NCBI GenBank assembly: GCA_046539045.1
Contig: JBKHHU010000002.1
Location: forward strand, 1 to 48,292
Source: Phycisphaerae bacterium
GTDB lineage: Bacteria > Planctomycetota > Phycisphaerae > SM23-33
Length of the DNA stretch: 48,292 bases
Direction: 5' to 3'
Position 1 is the stretch's first letter, and every line of letters begins with the position of its first letter. The position numbers were made by a program, and so were the translations under genes. Shown piece after piece: positions 8,462-16,999 of this stretch. The notes beneath the pieces were generated by a model. That model did not search any database. It was not told where the DNA came from and saw only the letters and a program-made list of their open reading frames with translations.

Positions 8462-9874
8462 ATGACACCCAAGGAATTCTTTGAGTTCGCCAGGGAAAAC
8501 GACGCCGAGATGATGGACCTGAAGTTCGTCGACATGCTCGGCACGTGGCAGCACTGTTCGTACCCGATCGAAACGGTCGACGAGAGCATCTTCGAAGAAG
8601 GTCTCGGGTTCGACGGTTCCTCGATCCGCGGCTGGCAGGAGATTCACCAGTCGGACATGCTGGCGGTCTGCGATCCGGACACTGCCATGCTGGATCCGTT
8701 CTTCGCCAAGCCAACGGTAAGCGTGATCGCCGACATTGTGGACCCGGAAACCGGAGAAATGTACGACAAATGCCCGAGAACGACGGCGAAGAAAGCTGCC
8801 GAGTATCTGAAGACCACCGGCATTGCCGACGAATGCTTCATCGGTCCGGAGCCGGAGTTCTTCATCTTTGACGAGGTCCGCTACGAGCAGAACCAGCACA
8901 CCGGGTACTACGCGATCGATTCGGTTGAGGGTTGCTGGAATTCCGCGCGGTTCGAAGAACCGAACCTCGGCTACAAGCCCAGTTACAAGGGCGGGTACTT
9001 CCCGGTCAGCCCGACCGATACGTATCACGACCTCCGCGGTGAGATGGTCTACGAGATGATGAAGATGGGGATCAAGGTCGAGGCCCATCATCACGAGGTC
9101 GCCACGGCAGGGCAGGGCGAGATCGACATGCAGTTCTCCGAGCTGCTGAAGATGTGCGACCAGTACATGTGGTACAAGTACGTGATCAAGAACGTCGCCC
9201 GCCGGGCCGGCAAGAGCGTGACCTTCATGCCCAAGCCGGTCTTCGATGACAACGGGTCGGGCATGCACTCTCACATCTCGATCTGGAAGGGCGGCGAGCC
9301 GATCATGGCCGGCGACGGCTATGCGGGCATGAGCGAACTGGCGATGAAGGGCATCGCGGGCATTCTCAAGCACGCCCCGGCGATTCTCGCCTTCGGCGCT
9401 CCGACCACCAATAGCTATCGCCGCCTGGTGCCCGGGTTTGAGGCCCCGGTCAACCTCGCCCTGTCGGCCCGGAACCGCTCGGCAGCCTGCCGCATCCCCA
9501 TGTACTCCAACAGCCCGAAAGCCAAGCGCGTCGAGTTCCGATGCCCGGACCCGACCGCCAACGGATACCTGCTCTGGCCGGCGATGTTGATGGCGATGCT
9601 CGACGGGATCCAGAGCGATCTGGAACCGCCCACGCCACTGGACAAGAACATCTACGAGATGAGCCGGGACGAACTCGCCTCCATTCCGAAGGTACCGGGC
9701 AATCTCGCCGAGTCCATCGACGCTCTTGAGGAAGATCACGAGTTCCTCACCAAGGGCGGCGTGTTCAGCGAGGATCTCATCCAGTCCTGGATTGACTGGA
9801 AGCGGGACGAGGAACTGGACCCGATGGCATTGCGGCCGCATCCATACGAGTTCCATCTTTACTACGATTCCTGA
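8462..9874 (+). CDS. glnA: Glutamine synthetase type I
   Basis: 470-aa ORF preceded by AAGGAG. It has the typical GSI N-terminus ([31 protein letters not shown]), plus GSGMHSH and [13 protein letters not shown] motifs. Confidence 0.97.
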   Translation: MTPKEFFEFARENDAEMMDLKFVDMLGTWQHCSYPIETVDESIFEEGLGFDGSSIRGWQEIHQSDMLAVCDPDTAMLDPFFAKPTVSVIADIVDPETGEMYDKCPRTTAKKAAEYLKTTGIADECFIGPEPEFFIFDEVRYEQNQHTGYYAIDSVEGCWNSARFEEPNLGYKPSYKGGYFPVSPTDTYHDLRGEMVYEMMKMGIKVEAHHHEVATAGQGEIDMQFSELLKMCDQYMWYKYVIKNVARRAGKSVTFMPKPVFDDNGSGMHSHISIWKGGEPIMAGDGYAGMSELAMKGIAGILKHAPAILAFGAPTTNSYRRLVPGFEAPVNLALSARNRSAACRIPMYSNSPKAKRVEFRCPDPTANGYLLWPAMLMAMLDGIQSDLEPPTPLDKNIYEMSRDELASIPKVPGNLAESIDALEEDHEFLTKGGVFSEDLIQSWIDWKRDEELDPMALRPHPYEFHLYYDS

Positions 9875-10046
9875 TCGTTTGTCAGTCGGTGCCCGACCGG
9901 CGAAAGGGGCGGCCGGGCCCGACCTCCTTCTGGCGGCCACGCTTGTCGGGTTTCTACTGCGCCTGCGGGTGCGGAGCGGGCGTGGCCGATGGGCTGCATC
10001 ATCTTGAGAGGGTTTGGTCCTTGCTTAGGGCCTTTCCCTTAGCTGC

Positions 10047-10073
10047 GAGGGCGGTCCTTCCCGGGCCGCCCTC
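10047..10073 (+). terminator. Hairpin GAGGGCGG/CCGCCCTC downstream of glnA (weak intrinsic terminator candidate)
   Basis: 8-bp GC-rich stem with an 11-nt loop, followed by a moderately T-containing CTGCTTCT. Confidence 0.35.
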
Positions 10074-10139
10074 CTGCTTCTACCGGGCTGCCCGAGGTTT
10101 TTCCGCAGTTTTACGTAGGCAAAAGGAGGCCTGAGCCCC

Positions 10140-10182
10140 ACAAAAATGTAACAGGATACAGATACTATCTACAAACTTGTAG
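10140..10182. promoter_or_regulatory. Cluster of motif copies upstream of glnN: ACAaaaaTGTAACA, TGTA-N6-TACA and perfect CTACA-aact-TGTAG
   Basis: The 10169-10182 palindrome centre lies ~88 bp upstream of the GG of the 10262 promoter. 10140-10153 is near-identical to 2824-2837. Confidence 0.45.
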
Positions 10183-10261
10183 AGGCTCCCTCCGGAGCAG
10201 CAGACCCGGATTGTTGGTTCAAATCTATGGGGTACATATCCTTACGAGTATAATACAGCTT

Positions 10262-10277
10262 TGGCACAGCAGGTGCA
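10262..10277 (+). promoter_or_regulatory. Sigma-54 type promoter TGGCAC-agcag-GTGCA upstream of glnN
   Basis: Canonical 12-nt GG/GC spacing, ~160 nt upstream of the ATG at 10439. Confidence 0.65.
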
Positions 10278-10438
10278 CAGGGATGAGAAGAAAGGGCGAG
10301 GTGTCTATACTGGCCCGTAAGGCAGGAACGGACAGCTTGACCGGACTGCAGCTAAGGGAACAAGGTATCCGAAGTCGTGATGGGCGGCACGCGGGATGTG
10401 CCGGTTCTTCTCGCAACGGAAAAGGAACTTAAGTAAGG

Positions 10439-12631
10439 ATGCGAAAGATGAGCAACAATGTACGCCAGAAGGCGATCGACGCAATCAGTGAGGTACTTCC
10501 CGTAGGCGGGAAGGTCGATTTCGTCGCCAGCGGTGTCCGTGACGTCTACTGCGAGCACGTGTTCAACGAGACCGTGCAGCGGACGCGCCTGCCGAAGCCT
10601 GTCTTCAAGGCTCTGCAGAAGACCATCAAGACCGGTGAGGAACTCAAGCCGGACATCGCTGACGCGATCGCGCTGGCGATGCGGGACTGGGCGATCGAAC
10701 ACGGCGCCACGCACTTTACGCACTGGTTCCAGCCGATGACGGGCAAGACGGCAGAGAAGCACGACAGCTTCCTGACGCCGATCGCCAACGACGACGTGAT
10801 GGCCCACTTCGGCGGCAGCGATCTGATCCGCGGTGAGCCGGATGCGTCCAGTTTCCCCTCCGGTGGTCTGCGGGCGACGTTCGAAGCTCGCGGCTACACT
10901 GCCTGGGACCCTTCGAGCCCGGCGTTCATCCTGGACAACCCCAATGGGGCAACATTGGTGGTTCCCACGATGTTCCTGAGCTGGACCGGCGAGGCGCTGG
11001 ACAAGAAGACCCCGCTGCTGCGTTCGATGGAAGCCTTGAGCGACCAGGCGTTGCGTCTGCTGCGTCTGTTCGGCAACGAGACCAGCCAGCGGGTCTACAC
11101 CACCGTCGGGGCTGAGCAGGAATACTTCCTGATCGACCGTCACTTTTACTACCACCGGCCTGACCTGGTCAACACCGGCAGGACGCTGTTCGGTGCCCGT
11201 CCGCCGAAGGGGCAGGAACTGGACGATCAGTATTTCGGCTCGATCCACGAGCGCGTGCTGAGCTACATGGCCGAGACGGAATACGAGCTGATGCGTCTGG
11301 GCGTTCCGATCAAGACGCGTCACAACGAGGTCGCCCCCGGACAGTACGAGATCGCCCCGACGTTCGAGACGGCCAACCTGGCGACCGATCACCAGATGCT
11401 GGTGATGGAGACGCTGTCGAAGGTTGCTCCGCGTCATGGGTTCACGTGCCTGCTGCACGAGAAGCCGTTTGCGGGCGTGAACGGAAGCGGCAAGCACAAC
11501 AACTGGTCCATGACCACCGACGACGGTGAGAACCTCCTCGAGCCGGGCAGCACTCCGCACGCCAACGCCCAGTTCATGGTGATCTGTGCGGCCGTCTGCA
11601 AGGCGGTCCACAAGCACGCGGGTCTGTTGCGTCTGAGTGCGAGCGGTGCGGGCAACGATCACCGTCTCGGCGCCAATGAGGCCCCGCCGGCCATCATCAG
11701 CATCTTCCTGGGTGAGCAGTTGACCGACGTCTTTGAGCAGCTGGCCGTGGGCAAGGCGGACAGCAGCAAGTCGGCGTCGGACATCGAAGTGGGCGTAAGC
11801 ATGCTCCCGAAGTTGCCGCGACACGCCGGCGACCGCAACCGCACCAGCCCGTTCGCGTTTACGGGCAACAAGTTCGAGTTCCGCGCCGTCGGTTCCAGCC
11901 AGTCGGTCGCGGGGCCGAACACCGTGCTCAACGCGATCGTCGCCGAAGCTCTGGATGAGATGGCCGGTCAGTTGGAGAAGGCCGTCGAGGGCGGCAAGAG
12001 CCTCAACGAGGCCATCCAGGAGTTGATGCCCGGATGGATCAAGCAGTTCAAGCCGGTTCTGTTCGACGGAGACAACTATTCCGACGGATGGAAGGCCGAG
12101 GCGGAGAGTCGCGGGCTGCCGAACCTCGCCAGCACCGTCGATTGCGTGCCGCTGGCGACCTCTTCCGAGGCGATCGAACTGTTCACCAAGTACGGCGTCT
12201 ACAGCGAGCGTGAACTGCACTCCCGCGAGGAGATCCTGCTGGAGAACTACGCGACCACGATCGGCATCGAAGCTTCGACCACCGTCATGATCGCCCAGAC
12301 GATGATTCTCCCCGCGGCCCTGAAGTTCCAGGCGGACGTCGCCGGTGCCGTCAGCTCGGCCAAGAGCGTGGGTGTCGAAGACGAGAACCAGATGGAGTTG
12401 CTGAAGGATCTGGTCGCGACCATCGGCGGGCTCCGCAAGGCCGCCTGCAAACTGGATGAGCTATCTGAAAATGCTCCGGCAGACGGGGCTTTGGAGCAGG
12501 CCAGGTACATGCGCGACAAGGTTATCCCGGCGATGAACGAAACCCGGGAATACGGCGACAAGCTCGAAACGATCGTCGACGATGCCTACTGGCCGCTGCC
12601 GACGTACCGGGAGATGCTGTTCATCCGGTAA
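10439..12631 (+). CDS. glnN: Glutamine synthetase type III
   Basis: 730-aa ORF, the typical GSIII length. It carries GS catalytic-domain-like blocks (HNEVAPGQYEIAP, GVNGSGKHNNWS, NRTSPFAFTGNKFEFRAVGSS). Confidence 0.93.
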   Translation: MRKMSNNVRQKAIDAISEVLPVGGKVDFVASGVRDVYCEHVFNETVQRTRLPKPVFKALQKTIKTGEELKPDIADAIALAMRDWAIEHGATHFTHWFQPMTGKTAEKHDSFLTPIANDDVMAHFGGSDLIRGEPDASSFPSGGLRATFEARGYTAWDPSSPAFILDNPNGATLVVPTMFLSWTGEALDKKTPLLRSMEALSDQALRLLRLFGNETSQRVYTTVGAEQEYFLIDRHFYYHRPDLVNTGRTLFGARPPKGQELDDQYFGSIHERVLSYMAETEYELMRLGVPIKTRHNEVAPGQYEIAPTFETANLATDHQMLVMETLSKVAPRHGFTCLLHEKPFAGVNGSGKHNNWSMTTDDGENLLEPGSTPHANAQFMVICAAVCKAVHKHAGLLRLSASGAGNDHRLGANEAPPAIISIFLGEQLTDVFEQLAVGKADSSKSASDIEVGVSMLPKLPRHAGDRNRTSPFAFTGNKFEFRAVGSSQSVAGPNTVLNAIVAEALDEMAGQLEKAVEGGKSLNEAIQELMPGWIKQFKPVLFDGDNYSDGWKAEAESRGLPNLASTVDCVPLATSSEAIELFTKYGVYSERELHSREEILLENYATTIGIEASTTVMIAQTMILPAALKFQADVAGAVSSAKSVGVEDENQMELLKDLVATIGGLRKAACKLDELSENAPADGALEQARYMRDKVIPAMNETREYGDKLETIVDDAYWPLPTYREMLFIR

Positions 12632-12654
12632 CACAAACGTTCCTTTTCCCGTGT

Positions 12655-12694
12655 GGCCGGGATCTGCTTTTCGGGGCGGTCCCGGCCTGTTTTA
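12655..12694 (+). terminator. Intrinsic terminator after glnN
   Basis: Stem GGCCGGGA/TCCCGGCC (8 bp) followed by TGTTTTA. Confidence 0.6.
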
Positions 12695-12744
12695 TGCGCC
12701 TGCCCAAGCGGCGCCCGGATCCCGATTTTGCTGCATGAGGGAAA

Positions 12745-14784
12745 ATGCTTTGTCTGCAATTCATATGCTGTCTACACTTCAGAGCCGCCAGCCCGCGGCC
12801 GACTCGCTCGTTTCTGTTTGGGAGGCATCTGTTGCCAGAATCCGTACCGGCAAGATCAACGCCGTCTACTCGATTCGCCTGGACGCTCATACTGTGCGCT
12901 TTGGCCACTCTTATCGTGTTTGTCGCTCTGGTCGCTGTGCGCTCGCTTCCGCGGGTTCCCTACAACTACCGGCAGTTGTTCGGCCGCGACCATCCCATGC
13001 TTTCGGCCGCGGTGTTCTCGGTGGCCCTTGTGTGGCTGGTGATGATTCCACCGCTGATCTGCAGGTTTGCTGCGCGTCGGCCGGTGCGGATCTGGGTGGT
13101 TCCCTGGTGGTTGGCGATCTGCCTCTTCGGCGAGTGGGTGCTGGTACGGTTTGCCGTACCAATGGAAAGCCTGCATGACGTGCTCGGGACGCCGATCTAC
13201 CGCACCTGGGGCGGCGACTGGGAATTGATCCTGAGGTTTCTCGCTTTGACCGGAGCCCTGACACTATCTGCCATCGCCGGGCTGTTCGTTATGGTCGGGT
13301 TGTCTCGCCGGGGTCCGGTGCTCAGCTTCAGCAAAGCGTTAGTGGCGGTAGTCTGGCTGATTCCCTGGATGGTGCTGTGCCGGTGGGTGATCGTCCCGTG
13401 GGCATCCACGGACAATCTTGTCGAGCTTTTGCGGGGCACAGCTGTCGGCCTGGATATGATCCTGTTGGCGATTCCGTTCATATCGGCCCTTGCCGGAGGC
13501 CTGCTGATCGGCTGCGTAGGCTATGGCAGGTTCCGATGGCTGCCCCTGACGCTGCCGTTTGCCGGGGCGACGATCCTGCTGAACTGGGTTCTACTCAACG
13601 TAGCGCTGGATCCGGCGGTGGAAGGCAAGAGTGGGCTGGTCTTTCCGGCGTTGCGATTCCTGCTTGGGCCCGACCGCATCACGGACATCTCCGATTCGGA
13701 GTTGCTGCTTCGCTGGTCGGTGATAAACGCAGCAGGAATGGTTGCCATAGGCGTCGCTTGGCGGATCACAGGCGTGGTAGCGGCCGCTGGTTCTGAAATG
13801 ACATTGCCGACAGCACCCAGACCGCCTGTGCGCCGGCGGATACGCCGGTGCTTCGCATGGCTGCTTGTGCTGTATGCGATTTTCCTGCTCTATGGCAGCA
13901 CGGCACCCTTCCGCTTCATCCCCACAGATCTGTCGAATTCCATCGACCGGTTCTGGTTGAATCTGTCGTTGACTATCGGAGTCTGGAGCCACTCGGACCT
14001 GGTGACGAACACGATCATGTTCGTCCCGCTCAGTTTCGCCGCGATGGGGACGTTCTCCAGACGGAATGACCGCTGGTTCCAGATCGTGATCGTATTGCTG
14101 GTCCTGGGGACGGGCCTGCTGTTCACTGTCCTGCTGGAATACGTCCAGATCTTCCTGGACGGCAGAACTCCGGCGATCCACGACATAATCGCTCAGACCA
14201 TCGGTTCGCTGATCGGCGTGACATTGTGGTTCCTTGCCGGCCGGATCGTGTGCCGGTGGCTGGCAGCGATCCACCGCCGGACTTCCAGAGCCACCGGGCT
14301 TGGCCGCATTCTGGCGGTATATCTCGTGCTGGTCGCACTGTATCTGCTGCACCCGTACAACGTTACCATCAGTGTCAGTCAACTGTGGTCCAAGATGAAG
14401 ACCGGCAGGGTGGTGCTGATTCCATTTCAGGAGCCGCTTGGCTCGCTGCTGTTCTCTGCAGGGGTGGAGGCTCTGCTCTTCGCGCCGGTCGGCTGGTTGA
14501 CTGGGGCAATTGTCGGGCGCAAAGGCGGATCCATCGGCCGGGGGGTGATGATCACGCTTGGCATCATCGTCGCAGTCGAACTGGCTCAACTTCTGGTCCT
14601 CAGCCGGTACAGCAGCACGTCGGACGTCATCCTGGCCGGCATCCCTGCCTCCATCGCGTGCTTCTTCGGGCGACGCTGGGCCGGGCGCCGACAACCTGCA
14701 GGCCCAAGGCGGCCATCACGCCAGCCTGGAGATGATGCGGGGTCCGAGTCGGCGGATCATGCAGGCGGGCATCCTGCCCCATAG
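12745..14784 (+). CDS. Large polytopic membrane protein with VanZ-like region(s)
   Basis: 679-aa hydrophobic ORF. VanZ-like blocks include NTIMFVPLSFAAMG ... LLEYVQIFLDGRTPAIHDIIAQTIGSLIG, with a second E..Q...SR..S..DV..G pattern near the C-terminus. The start codon is uncertain. The low-complexity tail overlaps the convergent FemAB-like gene by 69 nt. Confidence 0.5.
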   Translation: MLCLQFICCLHFRAASPRPTRSFLFGRHLLPESVPARSTPSTRFAWTLILCALATLIVFVALVAVRSLPRVPYNYRQLFGRDHPMLSAAVFSVALVWLVMIPPLICRFAARRPVRIWVVPWWLAICLFGEWVLVRFAVPMESLHDVLGTPIYRTWGGDWELILRFLALTGALTLSAIAGLFVMVGLSRRGPVLSFSKALVAVVWLIPWMVLCRWVIVPWASTDNLVELLRGTAVGLDMILLAIPFISALAGGLLIGCVGYGRFRWLPLTLPFAGATILLNWVLLNVALDPAVEGKSGLVFPALRFLLGPDRITDISDSELLLRWSVINAAGMVAIGVAWRITGVVAAAGSEMTLPTAPRPPVRRRIRRCFAWLLVLYAIFLLYGSTAPFRFIPTDLSNSIDRFWLNLSLTIGVWSHSDLVTNTIMFVPLSFAAMGTFSRRNDRWFQIVIVLLVLGTGLLFTVLLEYVQIFLDGRTPAIHDIIAQTIGSLIGVTLWFLAGRIVCRWLAAIHRRTSRATGLGRILAVYLVLVALYLLHPYNVTISVSQLWSKMKTGRVVLIPFQEPLGSLLFSAGVEALLFAPVGWLTGAIVGRKGGSIGRGVMITLGIIVAVELAQLLVLSRYSSTSDVILAGIPASIACFFGRRWAGRRQPAGPRRPSRQPGDDAGSESADHAGGHPAP

Positions 14785-15783
14785 TTTGCTCAGCGTACGA
14801 TACATTCCGGCGTCGGGTTTCAGCTCGGGAAGCTGCTGACCGTCAGGAAGAATGAAATACCAGTGAAGCGGCACTTCGTGTGCGCCCCATTGCTTCTTGA
14901 ACTGCCACGTTCCGCTTTCCCGCGTGGATCGGCCGAAGTCAAAACTCCGCATCCCATCCTCACAGGCGTCGGCCAGCATCCCCCAATACAGCCGCACGTT
15001 GCCCAACCGTTTCTTGTCGCCCCTGCGGTCGCTGCCGGACCAGGGAACGTGGGCGCCCCGGCGGTCCCGGAGCGTAAACCCAGCCGCGACCGCTCTGCCG
15101 GCGATGCGGACCACGTAGAGACGGCTCTCGTCGGGGAAGTGCTCGATGATACATCTGAAAAAACGCTTGCTGTGAGGGGGGCTGTTCAGTTGCCGCATCG
15201 TGTGGAAATAGATTGCGTAGAATTCGTCCAGCAGTTCATCTGTGCCCGATGCGAACTCCATCTTCTGCTTAAGCGACTTGCGAACCCGGTTTCGGGTCTT
15301 GTAGCGGAAATCTTTCAGGAGCGTCTGGGAATCCGGAGGCAGGTCCATCAGCATCGTTACTTTGTCTTCCCTCTGCGGGAGATCGAGGGGCAGTTCTTCA
15401 TTCTGCCGAATCTCGACGTGCTTTGCCCGATTCTCGTTACGAAGCTGTGAAGCCGACTCCAGAAGAGCTTTTCGAACGTCATCGTCTACGGCCAGAATCC
15501 CGGAGGCGTCAAACCAGGGAAGGGAAGTCAGGCGCTTGCCCCAGAACAGACTTTTCTGCAGGACAAGCTGCAAAAAGCCGACTGTGGTTCCGTCACGCAC
15601 TGCCGTCAGGGACAGGACGTTCAGCCCGTACGCGTCGAGGACAACTCTGGCCCAGCGGGGAGAATGGTATATCCCAGCCGACGGAAACGCGGCCAGAAGC
15701 TCTTCCTCGTTTATCCGGTCTGCGCGTATCTTCAACGTTCCCGATCCGGTGGGGATGGTTGCTTCTTCAACGGCTTTATTCAC
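14716..15783 (-). CDS. FemAB-like / GNAT-fold acyl(aminoacyl)transferase of the type associated with PEP-CTERM-style EPS loci
   Basis: 355-aa ORF. The blocks IYHSPRWARVV..., LTSLPWFDASG, YKTRNRVRKS, HVPWSGSD and FDFGRST..SGTWQFKKQWGA resemble the FemAB-related EPS-locus family from memory (TIGR03019-like). Confidence 0.75.
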   Translation of the reverse strand: MNKAVEEATIPTGSGTLKIRADRINEEELLAAFPSAGIYHSPRWARVVLDAYGLNVLSLTAVRDGTTVGFLQLVLQKSLFWGKRLTSLPWFDASGILAVDDDVRKALLESASQLRNENRAKHVEIRQNEELPLDLPQREDKVTMLMDLPPDSQTLLKDFRYKTRNRVRKSLKQKMEFASGTDELLDEFYAIYFHTMRQLNSPPHSKRFFRCIIEHFPDESRLYVVRIAGRAVAAGFTLRDRRGAHVPWSGSDRRGDKKRLGNVRLYWGMLADACEDGMRSFDFGRSTRESGTWQFKKQWGAHEVPLHWYFILPDGQQLPELKPDAGMYRTLSKLWGRMPACMIRRLGPRIISRLA

Positions 15784-15845
15784 GACAGGTGCTCCTTTCT
15801 TTTCGGTACTGCATAAACTCCCTGGTGTTCAGGAGCGTACATACG

Positions 15846-16961
15846 ATGCGTGCTCGTTCTGTTTCGCGCTTGTCCGGACCGGTCAGGAGGCCCAGGTTGG
15901 ATCGCAACATTCACACAGTCAAGCTCGCTGCTGTCGGCGATCTGCTGTTTTGTCGCGACGGTCGAGCTCGCTGCTGGGATCGCCTTTTCGACAGAGCCAA
16001 GCCGCTGTGGGACGGCAGCGATATCCTCTTCGGGAACCTGGAGTGTTGCCTGGCGTCCGACCAGACGGTGACCACCGAACCTCGCGTCGTCGCGACTGAG
16101 CAGATGGTGCGGAGCATCGGCGGCGCCTTCGACATTGTTTCGCTGGGCAACAACCACGCCATGGATTGCCTGGAGCAAGGCTTGGACAGACTCATCGAAA
16201 CGGTAGAGAACCTGGACATCGAACACATCGGGGCGGGAATGGAAGCGTCGGCCGCCGCGGAAGCTACAATCTTGCGTCGGTGCGGCCGGTCGGTCGCATT
16301 CATCGCTGCTGTGGATGCCGAGACCGGCCCATGGTGCTTTGCCGACGCCGGCCGGGCCGGCGTGGCTCCGCTGGACGAGAGCCTGGTGGGACGGATCCAG
16401 AGCCTTCGGGAACAGGTGGACCACGTTGTCGTCTCGCTGCACTGGGGCAGGGAGCGATACCCGATGCCCTTGCCGTCCCAGCGTCGACTGGCGCGGCGGC
16501 TGATCGAATCCGGGGCGGACCTGATCCTCGGGCATCATCCCCATGTGCTGCAGGGGATGGAACGTATCGGCAGGGGGGCGGTAATCTACTCGATGGGCAA
16601 TTTCGTCTCCTGCGAGGTCCCGTTTACCGACGGCGACCGGATCAAATGGAACCGGCGCGAGCGCACCGGGTGCGTCGTGCTGGCTGAACTGGGAGAGGGC
16701 GGAGTGGCTTCGATCCGGCGCGTGGCGACCATCGACGACGGCGACGGCCCCCGGCCGCTTTCCGCAAAGCGGTCCAGCCGCCTGTTTGAGCGGCTTGATC
16801 GCCTTGCGGCGGTCGATGCGAGCAGGGGGTGTCTGCGTCGTCAACATCTGCGTCTCCACTTACTGAAGCCCGCGTTGGGCTATCTCAAACCTTCCAAGTT
16901 GCGGACGCTCCGTATCGGCCAGTTTTCGAAGGCCCTTCGCACTCTCCTGGCCCGGAAGTGA
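15846..16961 (+). CDS. CapA/PgsA-like metallophosphoesterase-fold protein (poly-gamma-glutamate capsule synthesis family)
   Basis: Starts at ATG 15846 (MRARSV...). Motifs: GNLECCL, SLGNNHAMD, HIGAG, VSLHWGRE and GADLILGHHPHVLQG...YSMGNF. The track ORF start at 15423 overlaps the divergent gene. Confidence 0.8.
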   Translation: MRARSVSRLSGPVRRPRLDRNIHTVKLAAVGDLLFCRDGRARCWDRLFDRAKPLWDGSDILFGNLECCLASDQTVTTEPRVVATEQMVRSIGGAFDIVSLGNNHAMDCLEQGLDRLIETVENLDIEHIGAGMEASAAAEATILRRCGRSVAFIAAVDAETGPWCFADAGRAGVAPLDESLVGRIQSLREQVDHVVVSLHWGRERYPMPLPSQRRLARRLIESGADLILGHHPHVLQGMERIGRGAVIYSMGNFVSCEVPFTDGDRIKWNRRERTGCVVLAELGEGGVASIRRVATIDDGDGPRPLSAKRSSRLFERLDRLAAVDASRGCLRRQHLRLHLLKPALGYLKPSKLRTLRIGQFSKALRTLLARK

Positions 16962-16999
16962 TCCGAAGTTCGTCTGCGGCGTCTCACCGGGAGCGGGGT

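Noticed and set aside
10278-10438. Glutamine riboswitch (glnA RNA motif) or another known riboswitch in the glnN, glnA or amt leaders.
   Set aside because: I could not find the conserved glnA-motif core sequences or pseudoknot arrangement by eye. Only an Rfam covariance search could settle it, so nothing is claimed.
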